A stretch of 64,000 nucleotides of DNA from Marsupella aquatica (Eukaryota; Plantae; Marchantiophyta), in the NCBI GenBank assembly GCA_973895155.1, contig OZ316895.1, positions 16,906,170-16,970,169 on the forward strand. The letters run 5' to 3'. The translations under genes were made by a program, and so were the position numbers. Position 1 is the first letter of the stretch. Each line of letters opens with the position of its first letter. The notes under the pieces are model-generated. The model ran no database searches, was not told where the DNA came from, and worked only from the letters and a program-made list of their open reading frames with translations. Positions 23,579-37,400 of this stretch are shown here, one piece after another.

Positions 23579-25327
23579 GGGTAGGAAAATTGTGGGAAAC
23601 TACGGATTGAGGAAGGGAAATCTCCACGATTGTCCTTTTACGGGCGTTGAGGTCCCTCAAGATGTCACTGTTTTATATAGACCTAAAATCAACTAGAGAA
23701 CCTCAGTTTCGCATGGGGCTCATTGAGGATTCAAAATGAATCCAAACATGACCATGTTTGGAATAGTACTAGCACAGCAACGTCTGTTTTAAGTTTCAAT
23801 GTTTTCTATATTTTGGTCATTCTTCTTGTTTTGCGCCTTACGTGGAGTCTCCGACCAGTGTTAGGTATTGCTCTTAGTCTTGTGACTCATGAGATAACCA
23901 TAGTTAGGCTAACTCGGGTTAGGACTTAGCTAAGGTTAGCAGTATGTAGTGCTATTGTGTATATTGCCAGGGCTGGTGCCAGCCCCTGATGGAACTTAGG
24001 CTCATTGTTACGGAGCTAGTTGAGAGATAGGGAGAGCTTGCGCTGTGGATGCTTGGTATGGCCGGTCGACCTAGAGTGCAGTAAAGCTCTTGTGTGTTCC
24101 CGTGGACGTAGCCTCATGTGGAGGTGAACCATGTATCTCTCTGTGTTGACTCTTGTGCGTTGGATGGTTCATGGGCTTGCAGTTGCGAATGTCATTTATG
24201 CTTAACAACCAGCCCCCACCCCTCCAAGATGCCCACACATTGGCCTCCAAGTCCTTGGGCTGCCTTTTGGCCTCCTTGTACCCCCTCAATGGCTCCATTG
24301 TCATCCATCACCGCCCAACACCCCTCTCAACTCCAGCCTCCAATTGTCACATCAATTTATTAGAACGAACAAAAACTAAAAAAATTTAAAATCCAAACAC
24401 TTTTGCTACACCTACTTGTCTTTCTACTTATATATGCAATTATAAGTTATCACTAAGTTACTACCGGATTTGGGGCCTTGTCACAGGGGTCAAGACATTC
24501 AAGGAATTTGACTAAAGACCTTAAAACCAATATGTTAATAAATCACTAACCTCATCAAAATGTATGCAATAAACCATCTGTACACTGCTTACAATCACTA
24601 GTAGAAAAAGGGGTAGATTATGACCCAACTACTTAGGACTCAAATGACGCCAATAATTTGCTAGGACTCCAAATGGAATGGAGTCATTAATTTACAACAC
24701 TCCCTTAATGACTAATGTCAAAGGAGTATAGCTAAGTCAAGAAGAATTCAACTTTTTAAGATACAAAATAAATAATTTTTCCTATATTGAAGGAGATTTA
24801 AGACTTAGGATTAGGCTGACAATCTTAGATTGTCTTGGTAGGCAACTAAACAGCAGGTGGCAGGATAGACTGAAGAGGAACAATAAGGAACCGGATTGGT
24901 ATGCTTTGGGGGCCATTATGATATGGCTTTTTATGGTGTGTTTCTTTGTTGGCCGCTTCGCCCTCAGCAATGGCGGCCTCTTTTTCTTTGCTTGGGTTGT
25001 TTTTGCCCCCTTGTGTGGTTTTGAGGCCTTGCCCTTAAAAAAAGATTTAAGACTAAAATACATCGTAGGTGATGAGGGGATCTATGTAGTAGTGAGAAAC
25101 CCGAGCCCACAAAACCCATCCCACCCACACATATACCCTACACACCCCTATGTGTGGAGGGGGGATTGGGGCCTGTCAAAGTACAACCATAAGAAAAGTT
25201 TTATGACCAAAGTTTGTTGGAATGTAAGATTCTTACAGGGCATGCATTTAGGTAGCCCATATTAAGGGGTTATCTCCTCACCATGAAAGAGTTTTAGTGT
25301 AGGGTAACCCATCCCCAAGAGGGGGTA

Positions 25328-27392
25328 ATGAGTGGTGGACCTTGCCACGTAGTGCCCTCACCGATCCCGGCACCCATGCCTAAGTGCCCCCAGTGCCCAA
25401 ACGCCTCTACAAAATACTTCAAGCAAGCAACCTAGTGCCCCCTTGCACTACCAACGACCCCTCCCATACGAAGCCGCACTTGCTCTCCAACACCACCGCT
25501 ACTCAACGGTCTTCACAGTTTGCACAAGCAACCAAGCACCTTGGTAAGTAACCCTTTAGGATCTAGAACTCCCAAGTCTAGCATCCTAACTCAAGCTCAA
25601 CAGACATTGGTAAATAGGTCAGCGATAGATCCTCCCGATGCCATAAGCCGGAACAAGAACCCACGCCCATTGTTTGTCCAGAATAGTTCCTTCCTTGGGT
25701 GCGGCCCGGATTCCCCCTCGTACCTATCCATCACCAACTGACCTCCTTGACCCCAGGACATGCTCATGGCCCAAATAGCATAGCTTGTCCTAAAGCTTAT
25801 CCCAAGCTTGTCCCAACACGTTGGGACCAGAATGGCCCCGACTCTAGCAACCAACTCCCGGTTCTCGCCCCACTAATGGTCTAGGGGGCAAGCACCCTTG
25901 AAGCTCAACCTCCATGCCTACTTGGCCTTGCCTCCCCAATGCAAGCTCCCTTGGGTCCAGGCCCGGATAGGCCATCGGGGGAGGACTTAGCATGGGGAGA
26001 TTTGTGGGCAATGAGACATGGCACTAGCGAAGGCATGGCGCCAAGCTGGTGACACACACTAAGGACTTAGACTAGATGAGAGCTGGTCGGGTCAAGGAGA
26101 AAGGCGCCGGGCTCATGCAAGGTCAACCGTCCGAATGCCCAGACGGACTTTGAGTTCTGAGAGCTTGAGTGAGAGCTCCTCTCGGGCCCAAGGCCAATGG
26201 AGTTGACGCCATGGGCAATAAATGCTTGGGGCGCAAGTTATGGCCCGATCCGGGTTGGCCTGTTCGGGGGCCCCAAGTGGCAATGAGATCTAAGGGCCTA
26301 GGCATGAGCACTGGGTTGGCCCGATCACAGAAGGCTAAGGCACTCCGCTTGCGAACACCTAACAAGAAAGTTATGGGCGTTGTCAGTTGGTGGCGTGCCC
26401 AGACATGCGGGATAGGATCCGGGTTGTGGCCCAAAAAGTTGAGGACCAAAGTTGGTCCGGGGGTGGCAGGTCTCCAGAAGCATATATGAGGGGAGAAGGT
26501 GTCTCCCCTGGGGCTAAGGGCGAGCCGAAGTCGTGAGCTGCGACGGTCGCGACACTAAGGGAAAATGTTAAAATAAAAATGTCGATATCTTCCCAACGGG
26601 AAGTCCATTGGATGACTTCTTGGATGCGTTGGAAATCTCTCAAGGAGGGCTACGTCCTTCTGAGCTCAGCTGGGTCTAGGGGTGTCATGGGTTCTCAAGG
26701 TTTGTGGGTGTTAGCTAGCCCGTTTGCCAAATCCTACCAAAACAATGGCCAAACCGCGTTCAGTCTCCCAAGGGAGCTTGCGTTGGGGAGGCAAGGCCAA
26801 GTAGGTGTGGAGGTTGAGTTCCTAGGGTGCTTGGCCCCTAGACCATTAGTGAGGCGATCTTAAAGTTTGTTGCTAGAGTCGGGGCCATTCTGGTCCAGAC
26901 GTGTGGGGACAAGCTTGGGACAAGCTTTAGGACAAGCTACGCTATTTGGGCCATGAGCATGTCCTAGGGTCAGGGAGGTCAGTTGGTGATGGATAGGTAC
27001 GAGGGGGAATCCGGGCCGCGTCCAAGGAAGGAGCTATTCTGGACGAACAGTGGGCGTGGGTTCTAGTTTTGGCTTATGGCATCGGGAGGACCTATCGTTG
27101 ACCTACTTACCAATGTTTGTTGAGCTTGAGTTAGGATGCTAGACTTGGGGAGATCTAGATCCTGAAGGGTTACTTACCAAGACGCTTGGTTGCTTGTGCA
27201 AACAATGAGGACCGTTGAGTAGCGGTTGTGTTAGAGAGCAAGTGCAGCTTCGTATGGGAGTGGCCGCTGGTGGTGCAAGGGGCACTAGGTTGCTTGCTCA
27301 AGGTATCCCGTGGAGGCGTTCAGGCACCAGGGGCACTTAGGCGTGGGTGCCAAGATTGGTGAGGGCGCTGGGTGGCAAGGTCCACCACTCAT
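25328..27392. mobile_element. Foldback / long inverted repeat (~630-bp arms 25328-~25955 and ~26766-27392, ~810-bp spacer)
   Basis: ATGAGTGGTGGACCTTGCCAC... at the left end is the reverse complement of ...GTGGCAAGGTCCACCACTCAT at the right end; arms are colinear throughout and most differences are transitions; no TSD found. Confidence 0.8.
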
Positions 27393-27404
27393 GGCAAAGG
27401 AAAA

Positions 27405-27712
27405 CATTAATGCCTCATAACCTTGTACACAAGTGATTTGCTTGATGGGACCCCAAAATGAAATGTGTTACTTGATAGGACCCTTGAGTGACCCTAGACG
27501 GTTGATTTGAGTTGATCAACATACCCAAAATTTCAGTTTCCTATAAGGAACACATTTCAATTTGAGGTCCCATCAAGCAAATCCTTCCCTCGTACACACA
27601 TGGAGGTCCCATCAAGCAAATCCCTACCTTGGACACACATGGAGGTCCCATCAAGCAAATCCCTCCCTTGTACACACATGAAAAAATTTAATGCCTCATA
27701 ACCTTGTACACA
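27405..27712. repeat. Small composite repeat: 3 x 39-bp GAGGTCCCATCAAGCAAATCC units, one inverted partial copy, flanked by the direct repeat TTAATGCCTCATAACCTTGTACAC
   Basis: Units at ~27564, ~27603 and ~27642; inverted GATTTGCTTGATGGGACC at ~27436; flanking direct repeat at ~27407 and ~27688. Confidence 0.7.
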
Positions 27713-27913
27713 GGGAAAAATTAAGGAAATAATTCAGAAAAGGTTTACGGTCATTGCTGGTACCTCCTTTATGGGGCTGGTTTGGCACACTCTATTGAAC
27801 CTGGGTTTTAAACTCTGACAATTGTCGGTACCTCCATTATGGCGCTGGCTCTGGTTTGGCATACCCTATTGAACCTGGGTTTGAAGTATAGGGTACTAAT
27901 GACAGATTGGTCG

Positions 27914-28244
27914 GGGGTTACTAGTCTGTAACCCTGTGACCAACAATAGCCGGGAAGTGTTTTTGAGCTTTGTGGGAATAGATTTTAGACTAGAATCTCA
28001 GCCCAGACAGTTATTATCATACATAATCTTTGTGTGAATAGGTTTCACATTAGAATCCCAGCCCAAACAGTCATATCATATGCAATTTCTGTCAGGAAGA
28101 AATATTACCGGTGTGCATAATCATTTTTACGATGATAATGACTGTTTGGACTGAGGTTCTAGTCTAAATCCTGTTCCCACAAAGTTCAGAAAAATTTCCC
28201 GGTCAGCATTTCCTCACTTTCTGGTTATATGTACTAGTAACCCC
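27914..28244. mobile_element. MITE-like inverted-repeat element
   Basis: GGGGTTACTAGT...ACTAGTAACCCC termini; inner arms CTTTGTGGGAATAG..TTAGACTAGAA and TTCTAGTCTAA..TTCCCACAAAG are complementary. Confidence 0.6.
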
Positions 28245-29111
28245 AGACCCCCAAACCGTCATTATCCTATAACTAATTCATACCCCAAAAAAGAATACTA
28301 GTAACCCCATACCAAACCTTCATTATACTAAACACATGCCCCAAAAAATTAGCTGATAATAATTTCTGGGGAGAGGGTTATGGAAATGGTAACACACGGG
28401 AGAAAAGGTTACACACCTCTAACCTTTCTTTACAGTGTAACCTTTCTGTACAGTCACCTCTAACCTTTCTTTACAGTGTAACCTTTCTTTACAGTCTGAT
28501 AAAGGATACGTTACCTTGGTCGTACGTTACCATTGTACGCGGTAAACGGTATGAAAGTTGGTTCTGCTTCGAACGAAGTCCCAGAGCAGTTGGCGGCACC
28601 TCACCTCACCTCACCTCACCTCTACTCTACTCCTCTAGGCCTCTGCTTTTTCGTTTTGCCTAGCATTTCGTTTCGTTTCGTTTCGTTTCGTTGCTTCGCT
28701 TTGCTTCAGTGTATGTTGAAGTCCATCCGACAATGCTGGACGAGCTCGCTGGAATTTTCTAGATAGAGCTCCTCCTTCTTTGCTCAAACTCCTCCTCCTG
28801 GGAATGCGCGCTTGCGTCACCACGAAGATTGAGCCCTAACCTGGATTCTCGTTCTGTTCTCGTTCTTGAGGTCGCCTGCGAGAGTATGATGGTACGTGCG
28901 CAATTCGAATGCTTGCCCTGTCGCTGCTGCAGAATTTCTCCGTTGCACTGAACCTCGCGGTGAGTCCTCTCTCGCTCACTCGTGTAATGTCGCGCAAGAG
29001 GCTGGAGTGTGGAAATCGTTTGTGCGTTCATGTTTTCGATCTGTCTGTGGCATTTTTAGGTTTGGTAGGGCTTATTGGCACGGGCTTCTCTTGGATGCTC
29101 TCTTTTCCGTC

Positions 29112-29114
<3 letters not shown>

Positions 29115-29144
<30 letters not shown>
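29115..29144. repeat. (GT)15 microsatellite
   Basis: Read directly; lies upstream of the BOBBER CDS, probably in a 5' UTR intron. Confidence 0.95.
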
Positions 29145-29147
<3 letters not shown>

Positions 29148-29669
29148 GTCGGCGCTGTCTGTTTGAATTAGCGCGGTCGATGGTGCTCTGAGCGCTGCGT
29201 TTCAGGGCCTCTGTCGTGAGGATTCCGTGTGGATTGATTTTTCCTGGATGTCCGTTTCTGTAGAGGTTAGTTAGGGCCTGCCATCGTGGGACTCTTTTGT
29301 GATCTGTTCTGTTGCCGCTGCTTTGTTCATTGTATGTTAGGCTCTCCTTTGGGGTGGGGGATTGTCAGTGTCCTTGAATCTGATAGCGTTCCCTAATTGG
29401 AATTTTTCACATCTTTGTTGCGGGAATCACTTTCCCGTTCAGTATCTACTGGACCATGGTCTCCGGCTCGCACCTCTATCCTTCGTCATTTTTTGTAATA
29501 GCTTGATGGAGTGTCTGGATGTTGTCCCTGATTGTAGTTGATTTCGGTGGTCAATGTGATCTTGGTGATCTTACCAGAGCTGAGCGAAGCCATTCAATTG
29601 GATATTATTTTATCAAAACAGAGTAAACCGGAAAGCCTACTGAACGGAAAGAGACGTAGGGAGGACGGG

Positions 29670-32327
29670 ATGGCAATAATCTCAGAGTACGAGGATGAGA
29701 CGGAAGTGAAGAAGCCGACGCCTCCTGCGGTAGCTTCAAGTAAACCCTCTGCGAAGCCGACTTCCAATTCATCCTATGCTGCGGCAGCTCAGAGAGGGCA
29801 TTCTGCGGCGCCGTCGCCTGCGAAAGCAGCGGTCATAGATTCATCAAGCCCAGCGGAGGTTTTAGACAGGGCTACCAGTAGTAGCGATAGCATCTCTGGA
29901 ATTCACGATCAGGTTTTGAACGACTTGCTGCAGGAGCATGGAGGTGAGCCCTTCGAGTTATTGAGGACAGTTTTTGAATTTCTTGGGAGGAAGTCCGAGC
30001 TTTTGTCCGGAGAGGGAGTGGTGACTAAAGTAAATGATATAATCTGGGATCTCAAGCAAAAGAGAAAGGCGAAGAACTTGGTTCCCGAAGTGCCTATCGC
30101 AAAATCCTTCCCGGTGACTAAAGAACCCGAACAAGTGAAGAAACCGGAGCCCATCCAGGAGACTGTGAAACCATCTGTATTGTCTAGCCCTGAAGAGAAC
30201 GGACTTAAGGAAAAGCAAAAAGGGATCGTTTCTGAAAATAAGGAAGCAGTGGCAGAAGCCCCTAAGGAAGATGAGGAGATGCCAGACGCGTCCGAATCTA
30301 AAGCCTTCGGTACGTATGCTTCCTTTGTTAAATCCTCATGTAGTGCCTTTCTATCTCCGTCTGCCTTGACCTGTGTCTAACAGCATCACCGTTACTTTGA
30401 TATTTGTGTGAACCTCCAATGTAATTTGTGTGCTACTCCACGACGGTCATTCTCGGAGATATGCATGGATATAGTTGTTCCCATAATACGGCTGGGAAGT
30501 CTCATAATTCACACAGTAGTTTTGTAGCTTCCTACTTGCTTTTGTGCTTCTGGATGTAAAATGTCAGGAGCCGTGTTAGTATTTTGAACGGCTGCTGTGC
30601 AAAGTGGATGTGGTTGTTGGTCGTCCTGATTGGTTAGTCTTGTGCCTTACAGCCCCCAACAGAGGAAACGGTGCAGACTTGGACAAGTACAAATGGACAC
30701 AAAGTCTGTCCGAACTGACTGTGTACATCCCTCTTCCGCCTGGCACAAAAACTAGAGGTTTGACGGTTGACATAAAGAAGAATTTCTTGAAGGCTGGTCT
30801 GAAAGGCCAACCTCCTATCCTTGAGGTGTGCACCAATTCTCACTTAGTCATAGTGTATCGGTGAGATTAATGCCGAGCTCTGGTTCATGAGTTTTCTCTA
30901 GAATGTAGAAGCTTGAAAATCTTTCACTAGAAAGGATCGTAACTTAAGGTACTGTAAATGATCTGCAGTGCAAGCTAATGTTTTTCTCCAACTTGTAATG
31001 CAGGGCGAACTGTTCAACCCAGTTCGTGTGGATGACTCTGTGTGGAGCATAGGTAACTATCCAAGCTGAAGTGATGCTATTGAAGTGTCTTTTATGATAT
31101 CCTCTTTCGGATATTGTTTAAAACGTGGGAATTGCCGTGCTTTCTGGGACTCACGCTCTTCACATTTTGCCTGTATCCGTAATTTCGTATTCCTTATTGT
31201 CTCTGGATTGGGTCGATGAGACAACACACGTACTCTTTCATGCTGTGATTGATCATTTTCACTGAAAGGCTTTATCGCTACATTCAATGTGAAGTGAGGA
31301 AGGTATAGAACTGTTGGTGTTCTAGTGGAGTTCCTGGACAGAAGCGGGGTCTAGCGTCGGCTACCAATAACGTACTCGCAAGAAGTCCATTTTCTGTGGT
31401 TGTGAGGTTATGGTAGACTCAGCTACAGGGGGTGCATCTCTCATCATGCGATACGGCATGGTGCCGTGCCAAATATTCACTGACGTCACAATCTCTTTAA
31501 CCTGGCAGAGGATGGAAAGGAACTATCAATCCTACTGACGAAAGTGAACCAGATGGAGTGGTGGAAGACTGTCGTCAAAGGCGAACCAGAAATTGATACT
31601 CAAAAGGTGGAGCCAGAGAACAGCAAACTGACAGACTTGGACCCTGAAACAAGACAGACAGTGGAGAAAATGATGGTATGAAATTGCGACGTTATGGTTG
31701 CTTATCTTTCATGTCAGGCGTTTTTTATATTTTCTTCTTCGTTAAGTGTAAGAGATCTTGTCATTCACTGTTCTCAAGTGAGTGTACCACCACAATGTCT
31801 GCCCGTATGTGTATTATGCACTTAGCCTAGTCGATCGGGCCTTCGAATTTTGCTGTACATGTTCATTAGCCGTATACGAATTTAGTTTTGTGCGGTGTCC
31901 GCGTCGTCATCTTCAGAAATTTGTTTTTGGTATGTCATCTGATGGTGCTTATTGACATTATTTGGTCCAAAATGACCCTCTTGTTTGTTTTCGTACGGAG
32001 TACCAGGCTAGCAACAAGTAATTCTGGATTAGTACTTGGTAGTCCTGTATAAGCCTTCAAATAAAGAAAGCTAACTTGTTTCCTGTGTTCTTCAGTATGA
32101 CCAACGACAAAAGGCCATGGGATTACCCACAGCAGATGAGCAGCAAAAGCAGGACATATTGAAGAAGTTTATGACGCAGGTAACCATTTCCGTTTGCCAT
32201 TTTGGGGAGCGTATGTAGTTGAATATGGCATGCCAACATTCACAGAATGATTTAGTAATTTCTCACCATTTCCTTGTAACGTTTGCAGCATCCAGAAATG
32301 GACTTTTCAAAGGCCAAGATGTGCTGA
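29670..32327 (+). CDS. BOB1: NudC-domain chaperone BOBBER; exons 29670-30309, 30653-30825, 31004-31052, 31509-31675, 32096-32179, 32289-32327
   Basis: MAIISEYE N-terminus; [20 protein letters not shown]; [28 protein letters not shown]; [36 protein letters not shown]; [10 protein letters not shown]. Introns GT-AG and in frame. Confidence 0.93.
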
Positions 32328-34400
32328 AGTTTTCAGGAGGAAACAGAGTGTCATTGTAGACATTTTACCCGGCAAACTGGAAATTCCATGTGATTGAGGC
32401 AGAGTACTGTCCCGCTTTCCCTACCCGTGATGCTCGTATACAGAAAGCGAGGAATGCTTACATTAGCTGGCTTATCAGCTCAAAGAAAGTGGACCCTGAG
32501 CTTCCACCTGCCTATCATGGTCTTCCATATAGAAGAGTAGTACATTATGTTCAAGTATCAGAAGTTACTGTAGTTAAGAGGTGGCCACTGGATAGGTTCA
32601 GACTACAGACGGTCCCTCACGAAAAATATGCCCTGGTAAGTCTTGAGTTTTGGGACATTTGGTAGCAGACAGGACTTATCTCGCGGAAATCAAACTTTTG
32701 TAACTGATGAGCACAAATGTATTTTAACTATTAGTGAGTCTGGAAGTCTGTTTAGAGCGAACGGTTCATCTGCGGAGTTTTTTATGCGCATATTGCATTT
32801 GAGAATCAGGTGATTTCTGGGTGTCGAGAAATTATACACACTATGTTTGGTGGTTAGGGGTTCATTTTGGTCATATTTATGATGATGTGACTGGTCGTTT
32901 TAATCAACGATCACGAACTATCACTCCATTATGAAGAGAACATCCTGTTTAGGGCCTTTACTTCGGATTCTTCCTCTCTGCAAACACAAAAAAGAAGATT
33001 GTACCTGGGAATACAACGGAAAGCGCAAATGCTGGGCAAAACTTATTGCGGGAAAGACATTGTAGACTACTCCAGAAAGCTACAGTCTACTAATAACGAA
33101 TGTAATTCGAAGGGAAAGCAACTTTGATTTAATGTTGTTCTATATCATCAGGAATCGTCTTTGCAATGGCTCAAATGGTAATGATGATTTGGTCATGCAG
33201 AGGCTGTTTACCGTCATAGAACAGAGATCTAAAAGGTGGTCACTGGCAGTTTCTCTAGAAGGCTAGAATTATTACAGTACAATGAATGGGATTCCAAGGC
33301 TGAGCAATTTACATTGCAGTCCGTTCTGCCATAATTTGTGATTGAGCACCAATGGAATCCCAGGGTACACTTCAAATTGTGGGCGGTTTCAAACCGGTAG
33401 GAATCTGATTTGCCACGGTGCCTAGCTTTCCACTATTCATGGACGACTTGTATGAAAATCCGAAGGCACAGCAATTTCCGTTGCCACTCCGGTCTATACT
33501 GACGGAGACATGACCGGCCATTTCTTCAAACAAAGGTCATTTAGAGCCACCCTAAATAGGACTGCGCGAGCTCTGTGTTCGCCAAGACAAACGATTTTGT
33601 GACGAGCCGCAAAAACGTTGGCTTAGTGTGGAGGTCTTTTACTCCCGATCGCAAAATCCCACCATGACCTGGCTCACAGTTTTTCAAGTCATGAGGGGCG
33701 GGCTGCAGGGAAGGAAGGCCCAATCAAGTCTTTGTTCACCACACGTTCCCATCCTCTTTCCGATGCCCTGAAGAGTAAAGATGCCGAACAGCCGACTTTC
33801 AAGGAGATTCGAGCATTTGGAACCGTGGGCGTTGTTCTCGGGGATGTACTACGATTCGAGTTTTGGGATATCTGTCCGTTGCCCACCTATTCTATTGATC
33901 TACTGATTCCAGCAGAAATGTTCACTCGATACCTTCAACCTGTTAAGTGCTCTCTATGGAGGAAAGTGATCAACGAACGCATTCTCTACAACCAAGTGCA
34001 CACTAAACAACAAGAGACTGTAAGCAGAACCAGTAAAGCTTGGAAGATCAGTGATTCCGGTGATTATCAGATAAATTAAAACTAATAATTAACTGGAGCG
34101 ATAACAGTGGGAAAGGTCATTCATTAACGCTCTGAATTCCCCTTCCCAGTCAAAACAGCAATATGCTGAATCATCTCAGTACTTGTACACATCCACGAGC
34201 CACTCCTATCTCAATGATCAGATCGTGCGAGCCAGCCAAATCCTACCTGAAAGTATAACAGCAAATGACAGAGACGGTCATTTCAGTGTTACTCAAAATC
34301 TATCACCAAAATGTTGTTCTAAGAGGTTTGCTGTACAAGTGCTCTCTCGCGGATCTGAATCCCGCCCTCGCAAAATTTCCTATTAAGTGATGGCGAGAAG

Positions 34401-37400
34401 TCACTTAACCAACGGTTGCCCTCCACGGAGGCCGACACCGGTGGCAAGAGTGCGGAGCCCTTTCACCAGAGATGAGGAATTACCCTGCGATGGAATCATC
34501 TTCGCGTTGGAGTGCACCAACCCATTGCCCTGAGATGGAATCACCTTCCCGTTGGAGTGCACCAACTTTGGAATGGACTTGGAGCTCATTAACTTTCCGG
34601 CATTCGAGCCATTCTCTAACGAATTGGCAGAGATAGTATTCTCTATGGGGCGAAACGGTAGACTTGGGCGAACGTAGAGCTGACGCGTTATCGGAGGACG
34701 CAGAGAAGCGAGTCTGCTGCCGATGTTAGTGGGGCACTCTGGCAGCGAACTTACGCGAATATCCTGCTCTAGCTCCTGTTCCACTGGTACTCCCGTATCC
34801 TGCAGATAAAAATTCAATGTGCAAAGCAAAGTGAGAATTGATGTAGTTAGTTTATTACAACATCTCCGAGCTTTCCAGATGATCATGATACATGACCGAA
34901 AATGCGCAAACACAAGAGTTAACGTAACTTACCCCCAGCATCAAAAAGATGAAATCTTCCTTCGCTGTCGGAACATGAGGTTGAATCTCTCTACGCAGAT
35001 CTGCGAGAGTTGCCCCCTTGGGAAGTTTGAGTACGCAAACCAACTTGCCGGTCGTGTCCTTGAAGGACTCCCACTTCACATACACGTCACATTGGCGATT
35101 GTAATCTTGAGCATTGTTGCTCCGGACATCATTCTCGTCCCTGTAGCTGTTAACCTCGCTGGGCTTTCTAACTGAGTATGCTGGAGACGCTGCTCCAGGA
35201 GAGAGCCCCGTGGAGCTTTCCGGAGTTCCTGGGAGAGTTGGGCCTTGCTCATTGGGCTTAGTAAATTGGAAGAGATTTCCTGTCCGGAATTTTCGATGCC
35301 TGGATGGGGAGTCCGATTTCTGAGGCGACGGCAAGACAGGAAGGAGTGGTGAGGACATGACCTCCGGGGAAACTGGGGATCTCAGGCGGTCCTGGAAGTT
35401 CCCTGTTGATCGGGAAGGAGTCCGAGCAGGGCTGTAGTATCCTTCCGCTTCTAGAGAAAGGTGACTCTGGTTGTCTCGCTCTCTAAAGGACGGACGAGGA
35501 GACTCTTTATAAGAAGGAACGGGAGATTCTCTATAAGAGGGAAGAGGAGAGGAGGGAACTGAAGGGAAAGGTGACATGGGTTCGCCAAGCGAGAAGTCTC
35601 TGAAGGAGTCTGATCGTAGGTTGTCTCTGAAGGAGTCCGATCGGAGGTTGTCTCGAAAGGAATCTGATCTGCTGTTGTCTATGAAAGAGTCTGACCGGAG
35701 GTTGGCAGCTGGATCCCGGTCCTCTCTGACAACAGGGCTCGCTGGAACACTTGGGGATGGTGACTCTCCGGTACGTGCTGCAATTTCCCTGCGATGACCA
35801 CAAAGGAGAAATATGTTTTCGATCCGTGCCTTCCGAGCTGAGACTGCTTCCATCACAGGAGATTCATCTCTTGTCTCGGAAATTTTGGGTTCCGACTTGT
35901 CTTCATACTCATTCACTTCCGAAAGGCTTGGACCAAGTCTTTGCAAGAAGGAATCCACAGGACTTCCTGATCTTAAAGAATTTACGGACCCCTCGGCATT
36001 CTTGAGAGTGGAAGTGGGGTGGGCTTCCTCCTCGTGCTTGACAACACTGTTAGTTCTATTCAACAAACCAGCTCCTGGCTCGCCAGCGGAAGAAAACTTC
36101 TCACGAAGCAAATTGCTCGGTAAAATGTTGTTGTATGGAATTTCCGAGGGAGTCTCAGAGCTGGAATGCTGCCAGTTGTTAGAACCCAATTTCAAATAAT
36201 GTGAACCATCACTGAGTCTTGGGCAGCTCATAGACGCTCTTTGTGCAGCCTCTTCCAGACTCTTCCTTGCTAGTCTTTCTAACTCCTCCTCTTTTTCTTC
36301 CACGATGATTGGGAGCCAACCTCTCCGGTGAAGTTTGGATTCACTCCAAGTTCCAATGCCCAGTGGATCCTTTTCAACCAGAAGAGCGAGCTCCGCCTGG
36401 TAATCGTTGATATCGCTCATCGACATTTGCTTGTCACCAGGCGTGGTACTGCTGATCTCGCTGTCAGTGTTCGTTTGGGGAGCATCTGGCAAGATAATGT
36501 CTTTGTTGTTCATGGCCTGCAGCTTACTGAACCAGCTCAAGTGACCATCTTCTAAACTGGGCTTCTTACTGCTCTCTTGATCCTGCTCTCTTGAGCCTTG
36601 CTCCTCGTTGACCTTGAGAAGTTCATGGAGCGTAGAAGGCTGCCACGTGATTGCTTTCAGTGCAGTATCCTGGCCAGTAGTGTGTCTCTTCTTCTCAGCA
36701 GTCTTAGGCGACGGGGCCTCCTGCCCAGCCTGTCGTTTCTTCTCAGATTTCTCAGCTTTCGGCGATGCAAATTGGTGATGAGGACTCTCCTTAGCCTTGC
36801 TCTCCAACCTACCGTTGGACGACTTCTTGGAGCTGTTCGAAGAATCGCCTCCCTTGAAGAAAGACAGGACAGAGGAAGAGAATTTCTTGTCTTTCTTCTC
36901 TTTCGGGCTGGGGCAGCTGCCGTTGCTGCTACCAAACCCATTGCTCTTGATTGAAAGAGGGCTGAGTCCCCTACCTTTTCCAGGTGACTCGACCTTGACA
37001 ATAGCTAAAGACGAATTGTGCTGCTTCACCGATCCCCACTCTGCTGACTCCGGATTACTCTCCAAATTAGAGAAGGAAATCCTCTTCAGCTGGTTAAGTT
37101 CAGCCTCGGCCTTGTCCGCCCGCAAACGATGGAATTCAGTCTCTTGCTCTTTCTGCTGAAGTTGTAGTTCCAGCTCCTCCAACTTTCTGTTCATATTCTC
37201 GTTCTGTAAATCAGCTTGCCTCCTATGTTCATGAAGTTGTAGCTCGGACGCATTTTGTCTCGTACTTAACTGGCTTTCCATCTCGTCTACTTTTCTACGC
37301 AAAGCTTTCACCTCTTTCGTTTGAACCTCTCTTTCCTTATCCGATTTCTCTTTGTCCCTTCGCAGTTTCAAAATGCATTGATCTTTTGCGCTATCCTTCG

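Noticed and set aside
10520-24140. Pair of LTRs enclosing the whole TE island
   Set aside because: The two sites share only a short generic LTR motif; the surrounding sequences do not align and no TSD was found.
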